Origin: a virus
Virus record (IMG/VR): IMGVR_UViG_3300036770_002122
Coordinates: 29,198-93,197 of that record
Direction: 5' to 3' (one strand)
DNA: 64,000 nucleotides
In this document: positions 20,401-28,600 of the stretch, in pieces
How the letters are laid out: each line of letters begins with the position of its first letter
Position numbering within the stretch: position 1 is the stretch's first letter
Translations under genes and position numbers: made by a program
The notes under the pieces: generated by a model
The model's database searches: none
What the model was told of the DNA's origin: nothing
Seen by the model: the letters and a program-made list of their open reading frames with translations, nothing else

Positions 20401-21055
20401 TATGGGCTTGTTCTACCCAAGTGGTTTAGCAACAGACCTAGATGGTAACGAAGTTGCTGTTCCAGCAAGTCATATGATGTTACGTACTTTCTTACGTAAT
20501 GACACTATTGCTTATCCTTGGTTCGCAGCAGCAGGTGTTCGTCGTGGTATCATCGACAATGCATTGAGCATTGGATATCTTGACGGCACAACTGGTGAGT
20601 TCATTTCAACTAAGACAAGACTTGGCATACGTGATACATTGTACGAAAACTTCATCAACCCACTAGTATTCTTTACTGGTAACGGTTTGTTGAACTATGG
20701 TAACAAGACATCATTCAATAGTCAAAGCGCATTGGATCGTACAAACGTAGCAAGACTAGTTGCGTACATCCGTCGTCAATTGACACTAGCAGCAAGACCA
20801 TTCGTATTCGAACCAAACGATACTACAACTCGTCAAGAAATTTCAGGTGTTGTAGAAACATTGATGCTTGATTTAATTGCTAAGAGAGGTATCTATGATT
20901 ACTTGGTTGTTTGCGATGAGTCAAATAACACACCAGCAAGAATAGATCGTAATGAGTTGTGGATCGACGTAGCAATTGAGCCTGTCAAGGCTGCTGAGTT
21001 CATCTACATCCCAGTACGTATATTGAACACTGGTGAATTAGGAAATCAGGGATAA
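17477..21055 (+). CDS. gp18: Tail sheath protein (enlarged, 1192 aa)
   Basis: MALTSPGVEVTIID; PWFAAAG..RG; ALDRTNVARL; FEPND..TR; VVCDESNNT; IEPVKAAEFIYIP. Confidence 0.95.
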   Translation: MALTSPGVEVTIIDQSQYLPAQIGSVPLVVFATAANKANATESGVAVGTTAANAGKLYLVTSQRDLVSLYGKPFFYESTNGTPIQGYELNEYGLLAAYSALGVTNRVYCLRADIDLSSLVGQAGRPVGEPEDGAYWLDTTLTNWGLYEFNATTGQFTLQQPLVITDPENVVAGYPAGYLGAVGTYAVIALQTTEVPTATTAQQFFYKNSYNTWVVVGSCEWHESVATIVGSNSNPTLTAGQTFTLTIADQFTNPQTATITVPGFGSNTATGVANAINALGWQNLTADVNSAGRLQIFTHASVVVGAGTGTVLSDLGISAGTYYSPAFYYGTSAQQPLWQTGQTTPRPSGSVWLKVGAAGNGFSPIISEYDASVNAWIAKTVSLATGDAAAIDALDATGGQAIPAGTIYGQYSYNNAFSPDHPGPIYYWKRLATGPTVVTGTNTSPNFNAGPYEATVYVTIPNSSSWQGPYTVSLADNTFAEEFVEAWQLASIPYTTAEVTTEGSIQITHTLGGSISVSDINLVTGLSNGLLEEAGFVANVTAGCKPGLLQGDLFDVAQSSTTSIAGAGLQIQVLVSQLDQYRLGPILSGGTNYVVGDIVTFAGTDMGGTTDNNLEVVVTSVGAGGEVLGIVLATNGGNQPAYKYSVMLSNWVEFDYTANEGAPTETPANNTNWYYSVTNEVDIMVNTQSGWKGYRNVNFDNNAFPLPSGTNTTDPNGPIVSASMPETQSDGTALAYGDLWVDTSAEALENYPVISRWQEVDGEDQWVLIDNSDQTSSSGIVFADARWSSNQNTINPANDPIPTIKSLLTSNNLDIDAPASNLYPIGCLLFNTRRSGNNVKQYRTNYFNTVSFPDETIPTIRSTWVTVSGLQTNGAPYMGRKAQRAMVVEALRSVLATNTAIRDEDNFFNLMATPNYPECQPNMIEVNGARGETCYILGDTPMRLPESATAIQAWATNAAGAASTGEDGLVTRNTYMGLFYPSGLATDLDGNEVAVPASHMMLRTFLRNDTIAYPWFAAAGVRRGIIDNALSIGYLDGTTGEFISTKTRLGIRDTLYENFINPLVFFTGNGLLNYGNKTSFNSQSALDRTNVARLVAYIRRQLTLAARPFVFEPNDTTTRQEISGVVETLMLDLIAKRGIYDYLVVCDESNNTPARIDRNELWIDVAIEPVKAAEFIYIPVRILNTGELGNQG

Positions 21056-21090
21056 TTAATTAATAAATAAGATTATGGAGAAATACTAAA

Positions 21091-21732
21091 ATGGCTGCAA
21101 TATCATTAAACAGAATGTCAGTTGCTGGTAGTGACGGAGGTTCTGGTAACCAAGGCTTGTTAATGCCAAAACTACAATATCGCTTTAGAGTTAAATTTCT
21201 AAACTTTGGAGTAGACACACTAGCAGGTTTGGCTCTTACTAGACAAATCGTTGACATAGCAAGACCAACTGTACAGTTTGATCAGGTAACACTACCTGTT
21301 TATAACAGCACAGTTAAATTAGCAGGCAAGCATCAGTGGACAGATATCACTTGCACAATTCGTGATGAGGCTACTGGTGAAGTTGCTAAGGCTGTAGGTC
21401 AACAGTTACAGAAGCAATTAGACTTCATGGAACAGGCTTCAGCAGCAGCAGGTCAAGATTATAAGTTCCAAACTAACATCGAAATATTAGATGGTGGTAA
21501 CGGAACTTCAGCACCAGTAGTACTTGAAACATGGGAACTATATGGTTGCTGGTTGCGCGGTGCAAATTATCAAACACTAAATTACGGTCAAAGTGATGCT
21601 GTTACTATTCAGTTAACTATTTGTTACGATAACGCATTGCAAACACCACTAGGTAGTGGAGTTGGTACTGCTGTAGGCAGAACACTTGGCACAAGCGCAA
21701 TTGGTATAGGTAATAACAATAACAACCTTTAA
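21091..21732 (+). CDS. gp19: Tail tube protein
   Basis: Follows sheath; PKLQYRFRV, AGKHQW, LETWELYGCW, L.Y..S..VTI.LT..YD. Confidence 0.88.
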   Translation: MAAISLNRMSVAGSDGGSGNQGLLMPKLQYRFRVKFLNFGVDTLAGLALTRQIVDIARPTVQFDQVTLPVYNSTVKLAGKHQWTDITCTIRDEATGEVAKAVGQQLQKQLDFMEQASAAAGQDYKFQTNIEILDGGNGTSAPVVLETWELYGCWLRGANYQTLNYGQSDAVTIQLTICYDNALQTPLGSGVGTAVGRTLGTSAIGIGNNNNNL

Positions 21733-21741
21733 TAAGGTGAA

Positions 21742-22977
21742 TTGATGTCTGGAATTTACCAGAATTTGCAGAATGCCCTCGGTGCTTTTTTAGGAACACC
21801 GGGGGCTCCTAGTGGGGCCTACTTAAGAGATTTTCGTCACGCAAGTAAGACTTTTGTAAGTGATAGTTACGCTCTTGCCCCTAAATTTAAATTTCTTTTT
21901 CATACATATTTTAATATTAATCCTGCAGCATTAGATTCAACAATGACTGCAAATTTTAACAATTACGGTTTATTGGTAAAAGATATTAGATTGCCTAGTT
22001 ATCGTTTTGCTACTCACACATTAAATCAATATAATCGTAAAAGAATTGTACAAACAAAGATTAATTATGATCCAGTAGAAATTACTTTTCATGATGATAA
22101 CAGCAATGTCATTAATAAATTATGGTATGCATACTATACATATTACTACAAAGACGCAAGTAAATTAACTAAAAATCCAACTAGTAATACAACACAAAGT
22201 ACTCAGGCTGATTTTAATGTAAGAAATACATACACCGATGATGCTCAAGGAAGTTTTGATTGGGGATACATTGGTGAAATTAGTACAAATGCATCAGGTG
22301 ATAATACTAAAAAACCTTTCTTTAATAGCGTGACAGTATATGGATTTAATCAACATCAATATATTGCTTATCAATTAATTAATCCTATTATTGCAAACTT
22401 TCAACATGATTCATATGATTATGATCAAGGCAACGGTGTCATGCAAAATCGTATGACTTTAGAATACGAAACTGTGCAATATTATGAAGGTGCATTTAAT
22501 GGTGAAACATTACCTGATATTGAAACTGGCAACTTTGCTGATGCAGCCAATTATGACAGAGAATTAAGTCCAATTACCATACCCGGTGCTAACGGTAAAA
22601 TTTTAGGGCCGAGTGGATTTCTTGATGGTGTAGGCGGATTTGTAAAGGCACTAGGTGAAGGAAATATTTTAGGTGCTATAAAAGTAGCAGGTGCTACTTA
22701 CAATAATTATAAATCGTATAATGCTAAAACAGCATTAAAACAAGAAGCAGAAAATTTATTATTAGGCGCACTGGGACAATTAAAAGTTGGACCAACAATT
22801 AGAAATCAACAAACTCAAACTCCGATAAAACAAGAAACACCCACAAATAATGGAGCAGGTTCACCGACAATAGCAAACGGTTCACAACCCGGTGTTGTTG
22901 GTGGAGATCCAACTGCAGGATCTCAAGTACCATCAACAACTTCTCCGCCTCAACCTAGAGTAAGAGGACCAATTTAA
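21742..22977 (+). CDS. Tail-tube-like baseplate/tube initiator protein
   Basis: VKDIRLPSY, YDPVEITFHDD, LINPII..F.HD..DY, MTLEYE (gp19/gp54-like fold). Confidence 0.6.
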   Translation: MMSGIYQNLQNALGAFLGTPGAPSGAYLRDFRHASKTFVSDSYALAPKFKFLFHTYFNINPAALDSTMTANFNNYGLLVKDIRLPSYRFATHTLNQYNRKRIVQTKINYDPVEITFHDDNSNVINKLWYAYYTYYYKDASKLTKNPTSNTTQSTQADFNVRNTYTDDAQGSFDWGYIGEISTNASGDNTKKPFFNSVTVYGFNQHQYIAYQLINPIIANFQHDSYDYDQGNGVMQNRMTLEYETVQYYEGAFNGETLPDIETGNFADAANYDRELSPITIPGANGKILGPSGFLDGVGGFVKALGEGNILGAIKVAGATYNNYKSYNAKTALKQEAENLLLGALGQLKVGPTIRNQQTQTPIKQETPTNNGAGSPTIANGSQPGVVGGDPTAGSQVPSTTSPPQPRVRGPI

Positions 22978-23339
22978 TGTTATATGATATTCAAAGACAA
23001 TCACAAGAAAATACAGTAAAAATTTTCGATGCTTTTTATAAAACTAATTCCGTAATTCCTACCAACCAGTGGGATTTAGTTAAAAGTTATTTTGATAGTG
23101 TATGCGACACCAAACAAATTGCAGCAAATTTTACTGCTGTATTTTTTAGAATGGCGCAAGAAAATGGTATAGATGCTATGGTATTGCTTGAAGAACTGCA
23201 AGGCAGAGCAAGAACTAAAGTTGATCTAAGTCAAGTGATGGCATATTATTTCAATAGTTTTAAGTCCAAAACAAGTTTATATGGATTAGCAGTTATACCG
23301 GTACCTAATCAGGCAGTTGCTAGAAACGTTGTAATTTAA
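22977..23339 (+). CDS. Hypothetical virion-associated protein
   Basis: 120 aa, coupled within the tail operon. Confidence 0.65.
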   Translation: MLYDIQRQSQENTVKIFDAFYKTNSVIPTNQWDLVKSYFDSVCDTKQIAANFTAVFFRMAQENGIDAMVLLEELQGRARTKVDLSQVMAYYFNSFKSKTSLYGLAVIPVPNQAVARNVVI

Positions 23340-23340
23340 T

Positions 23341-23778
23341 ATGGCAAATTTTGCTCAAGGCAAATATCAATGTAAGAATAAAGGTAAGTATATAGGCACA
23401 CATGTACCTAGATATCGTAGTGGTTGGGAATTAACATTTATGATGTTTTGTGATAACCACGATAGCGTGATATCCTGGGCTAGTGAATCTATACAAATAC
23501 CCTACAGAAATCCACTAACAGGCAAATCAACAATTTATGTACCTGACTTTTTTGTTCAATATCAGGATAAATATGGCAGACAACGTGCAGAACTTGTTGA
23601 AATAAAACCTAAAAAACAAAGTCTAATTGAAAGTAGAACCGCTAGCGCAAGAGACAAGGCTGCAGTGGCAGTCAATCATGCAAAATGGGCAGCAGCAACA
23701 GCATACTGTAAAAAAGCAGGATTAACTTTTAGAGTCATTACAGAGGATGATTTGTTCAGGAACGGAAGGAATAAATAG
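23341..23778 (+). CDS. gp4: Head completion nuclease (T4 gp4-like, TnsA-like)
   Basis: YRSGWE..FM, WASE...IPY, YVPDF, LVEIKP, N.AKW.AA, FRVITE. Confidence 0.9.
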   Translation: MANFAQGKYQCKNKGKYIGTHVPRYRSGWELTFMMFCDNHDSVISWASESIQIPYRNPLTGKSTIYVPDFFVQYQDKYGRQRAELVEIKPKKQSLIESRTASARDKAAVAVNHAKWAAATAYCKKAGLTFRVITEDDLFRNGRNK

Positions 23779-23793
23779 TATATAGGAGATCGT

Positions 23794-24525
23794 ATGCTAT
23801 TTCTTCAAAATAAATACACATCTTGGTACTTTGCTATTATCAACAAAGCAAAAAAAAGAATAACTGAAGGGTATACTGAAAAACACCACATCATTCCGAA
23901 AACACTAGGTGGTAAAAATGATAAATCTAATATTGTAAAATTAACTGCTAGAGAACATTTTATTTGTCATTTACTGTTGACTAAAATGTTAGTTGATGAT
24001 AACAGACATAAGATGATATACGCATTACACATGTTGTCTAATGCATCTAACAAATTACATCAACGTTATGCACCCTCAAGCAAACTATACGAATATGAAA
24101 GAAAAATATTTGCAGAAACTCATTCGTTTAAGATGAAACAAAATCATCCATTAAAAAATCCATTACATAAACAATCGCATCAGTTGGGTATAGATAAAAG
24201 AGGTCCTACTTCTATCAAAGGTATCAAAAGATCAGAGTCGATGAAAGAAAAGATGCGTAACAGAGAATGGACTCAAAAAGCCCTTGATAATCGTCTTGCA
24301 AATTGCCTTAAATCAGCAGAAGCAAGAAAAGGAAGCAAGTGGTCTTCCGACATGCATAAACGTAGATTCCAGCAATACGTCGAAAAGAACAAGCACCTAT
24401 TTTCTCAAGTATTTTCATTAGAAGATCAAGGTTACAGCACCAGGCAAATAGCATTGAAAATGAATATATCCTGGGATAGAATAAATTACATCTTAACAAA
24501 TAAATACCGACTAAATACCCTATGA
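23794..24525 (+). mobile_element. Free-standing HNH homing endonuclease
   Basis: EKHHIIPKTLGGKNDKSNIVKLTAREHFICHLLL; basic NUMOD-like region; C-terminal HTH (GYSTRQIA). Confidence 0.85.
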
Positions 24526-25001
24526 CACGTAAACTTGAAGAACTATTCAATCTCTCGCAAAGCGAAGAGACATCTGAACAACTTGAATTACCTCCCGAAA
24601 CTCAGGAAGTAACTGAAACGGCTCTTGATAACCTTGAAAAGATAGAAAACGCATTACCTCAAGTGCGTGGATTAGAAACTGCGGATCATGAAATGGACGA
24701 TCTAGCGGATTTAGCCAAAAATAGTTATAAAGATTTAATGGATTTGGGTATGCAAGTTGATAGTCGTTATAGCAGCGAAATTTTTAATGTAGCAGGTACT
24801 ATGCTAGGTCATGCTATCACTGCAAAAACAGCAAAAGTGCAAAAAAAGTTAAAGATGATTGAATTGCAACTAAAGAAAGCGGGATTAGATCAGAAATTAG
24901 CAAGTAAAGAAGAAAAGATTGAGGCTACCCCATTAGGTGAGGGTAAAGTACTTGATCGTAATGAACTACTCAAATCCCTGACAACTAAAAACATAAATTA
25001 G
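24522..25001 (+). CDS. Conserved helical late protein (small-terminase-like possible, unverified)
   Basis: 159-aa coiled coil; own late promoter inside the HNH 3' end. Confidence 0.55.
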   Translation: MTRKLEELFNLSQSEETSEQLELPPETQEVTETALDNLEKIENALPQVRGLETADHEMDDLADLAKNSYKDLMDLGMQVDSRYSSEIFNVAGTMLGHAITAKTAKVQKKLKMIELQLKKAGLDQKLASKEEKIEATPLGEGKVLDRNELLKSLTTKNIN

Positions 25002-25029
25002 TGATAAATATTAGATACAGGATATACGT

Positions 25030-25662
25030 ATGAAAAGCCTAAAACAATACATTGCAGAAAGTGTACATTTATATGATGTAACTATTAAAATTGCCGGAGA
25101 AGTTGATAAAAACTTCCTAGATTTGTTCATTCATAATCTTAAGAAGTTTGATCCAGCAACTCCAATCACACCTAAAACACTTCCTATTGCAAAAGATGCA
25201 TATGGTTTTCCGGGTATGAGCAATGAACCAGTAACAGTGTTGCGTTGCAAATTCCGTTATCCTGCTACAGAACCAATGGTACAACAGTTAGCACAATTAT
25301 TAGGCTATAATGTCAATTATGTACGTTTGGTCAATAGCGAATACGATGATAGCATCAACCGTGAAAGCGAAGAATATGCTAATCAAATGGAGCACAGTCC
25401 TGTATTAACTCACACTGAAATGGAAGATGCGGGTGATGCTGCTAAAAAAGCAAGTAAGGATTATGGTAATTCATATTTAGATAGTATCAAAGCACAAAGT
25501 AAAGACGGTTTTCAAGGCAAAGATTTACAGTTTGATGGAAAGAGAACCCCAGACAGTTTTGATCCATTCAAGCCATACTTAGATGACAAATCAAAGGGTA
25601 ATAAGAGTCCAATGACTAATATTACACGTCCTGCCAAGCCTAAAACAGGCGCAATGGCGTAA
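25030..25662 (+). CDS. Candidate internal head protein
   Basis: N-terminus MKSLKQYIAE|S resembles T4 capsid-targeting MKTYQEFIAE; late promoter 25004-25010. Confidence 0.6.
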   Translation: MKSLKQYIAESVHLYDVTIKIAGEVDKNFLDLFIHNLKKFDPATPITPKTLPIAKDAYGFPGMSNEPVTVLRCKFRYPATEPMVQQLAQLLGYNVNYVRLVNSEYDDSINRESEEYANQMEHSPVLTHTEMEDAGDAAKKASKDYGNSYLDSIKAQSKDGFQGKDLQFDGKRTPDSFDPFKPYLDDKSKGNKSPMTNITRPAKPKTGAMA

Positions 25663-25673
25663 GAGGTTTTATC

Positions 25674-28600
25674 ATGGAATTTAAGAAATTTTTAGAATTA
25701 GTAAATGAGGCTGAGTCAACAGCCGAAAAAGATGATAAAGCCAAAAAAGCAGGCGAAGAAGTCACTAAAGATATTGAATATGATGAAGGTCATAAAGGTA
25801 GTGATGACGAACGTGCTGAAAAAGCAGGCAAAAAAGTTGCCGCTGATATCAGATACGATGATAAGAAAGATAAAAAGAAATCATTAAAAGAATATTTTGA
25901 AGAAACTGAACAAGAAATTATTAATGAAGGTCAGTTTCCTATTCCAGTAGTTGGTCCAGACAATAAACCAATTGCTGGCCAATCAGGCTTTTTAAACGTA
26001 AGTGTTCCAGGACAAGCAGGCGTAGCAGTCAATGACATGCTGCGTAGATTAGGTGCAAGAGGTTTAAGTATAATTCTTCCACCAAATAGAATTCAACAGC
26101 AGCAACAGCAACAAGCATTGGCTGCTGCTAAAAGAGCATCTGTACAAACTTCAGGCAAACAAGTTGCTGAAGAAACTGTAGATGAAGGCATTGATGATGT
26201 TGTCAAATTAGGTACAAAGTACGGCGACGATATTGCTAAACAATTTAGTAACTTTGCTAGCGGATTTAAAAATCCACAAGGTGCAATGAATTTACCAAAT
26301 CAATCATTAGCATCAAAAGCAGGTGCAGCAACATCAAGAGGCGGTCCTGCAATAGGGGCAGGCGCCGGTGCAGCAGGCATGGCTGCATTAGGTGGTGACG
26401 ATAAACCTGCAGCAGATAATAAACCGGCAGCCGTCGCAGCAGACAATAAACCAGCAGCAGCGGCACCCGCTGCACCAGAGGCTCCTGCTGCTCCAGCAGA
26501 GCCTGTCGCTCCAGAGGCACCTGCTGTAGATACAGCACCTCCTGCTCCACCATCTGACGAAATTGATAGAATTCAACAATTGGCTGGTATGAGCGATGAA
26601 GAAAAATATGGTAAGGTAGGAGCAGAGATTCGTAAATTAGATCCTGAAGCCTATAAAAATAGACCAAGAGATTATCAAGGTAATATTGATTTATTAAACA
26701 AGTTAAGAGCGCAAAAAGCAGATGACACCACTGCACCACCTGCAGCAGATACTAAAGCAGATGATAAGCCAGCAGACGCAAAGGCTGATGAAAAACCAGC
26801 AGATGCAGCAGACGCAAGTGATGAATTAGAACCTGTAACTGTTACCGGTAAGAGAACACAACCTGCTGATCAAGATAAAGAAGGTGACGCTGAATTAGGT
26901 CGTTTACTAAATTTATCTGGCGCAAATACCTATGATGAATTAGGTAATTGGTTAAAGAATAGAGATAAGCCTGCAGGAAGCACTGAAGAACCAAAAGCAG
27001 CAGAGCCGGCAAAAGAACCAGAATCAAAACCTGAAGAACCAGCCGTTGACGCAGCAGGGGAAGAACCAGCCGTTGACGCCGCCGGCGAAGAACCAGCACC
27101 CGCTGCTGCAATTGAACCTAAAACTTCTTATAGAGTTGTTGATCCGTCGACCGGCAGAGCAAGAAATGTTTCAAAAGAAAAATATGATCAAATGGTTGCA
27201 AGAGGCCAAATTGATAAAGATAAAGGTTTAGACTATCAATTTAAAGTCAGAGACCCAGATGGTTCAATTAGAACAGTAAAACAAGGTGATCCAGATTGGC
27301 AGAAGTATGCTGATCAGGCAGAAAAAACTGTAGCATCAAATTACAATCAATTACAAGGCGAACCAGAAGGCGAAGAAGGCGAAGAAGGCGAAGAGAAATC
27401 AGGTAGACCAAGTTTGTTTAGAAGATTATTCAACATCGGCAAAGACGATGAAGGTTATTATCTAGGTAAAAAGCGCGGTCGTGATAATGCTCCAGATGAT
27501 ACTGAAGAAAAGTCAGAACTATCTGAAGGTAAACTTGCTGAAAAGTGGGAAGGCGATGTTAAAGTTGAACCAACTGGCGAGTATAAAAATAAAACAAAAG
27601 CACAATTACAGGCAATGTTGGCACGACTACATAAAACTGGTCCTCATAAGAAGGGCAGCAAAGAAGCCAAACAGCAAAGTCAAATTAATTTTGCATTACG
27701 TGCCAAAGGTGGTTGGAAGAAAGGTGAAGGCGCAGCAATGAAATCTGTAGAAGAAGATGCTACAGCAGCACAGCCAAGCAAACTACAGCAAAGACATCAA
27801 GATAACTTTGCTGCTAAACAACAAGCAGCACATAGTAAACAAGATAGTCAAGCAAAAGATTATCTAGCATCAAAAGGTGTAAGCGATCAAAATGCAGCAA
27901 AACTAATGGCTAAACCAATGAGAGAAGAAAAAGTCGATGAAAAGTTTGCAAGCCAACAGCAAGCAAAATTAATGTACGCAGCAGCAGGCGATAAAAAAGT
28001 CGCAAAGAAAACTGGCGTAAGTCAAGACGTAGCAAAAGAATTTATTAAAAAGAGTCATGGGCAGAAAGTAAGCAAACTACCCAAGAAAGTAAAAGAAGCA
28101 GAAATTCCAAAGTCAGGCCCAGATTATGGTGCAGGATTAGGCGCTGGTCGCAGCGACAACGTATTGGAGGCAAAGCCGGATTTCATCGATCTTGATAAAG
28201 ACGGTGATAAGAAAGAATCAATGAAGAAGGCAGCAGCCGACAAAAAGAAAAAGAAGGTAAATGAATCTATGAGCAATCTATTAAAAGCAGCATATAGCGA
28301 AGGCTATGTACACGGTCTACGTGAGCAACCATGCCGCGTAAAACACTACCAAGATATGGAAGAAGCAAAGCATTACTTTGAAGGTTACAAATGTGGCCTA
28401 GAAGAATGCTATGGACTCGTTCCAGGTCGCGGCTATGTTGACGAAGAATCATCACAAGATGTTGTAGACAACATGGCAAGTTTCGGTGCAGTAGGTGTTG
28501 AAGAAAATACTAATCAAAACATGGCAGCAGTTCCCGTGCAGAAGGCACAGGCTGGTCAAGTAAACACTTCAGCAACCAATCCTGCTCCGCAACAAAATGT

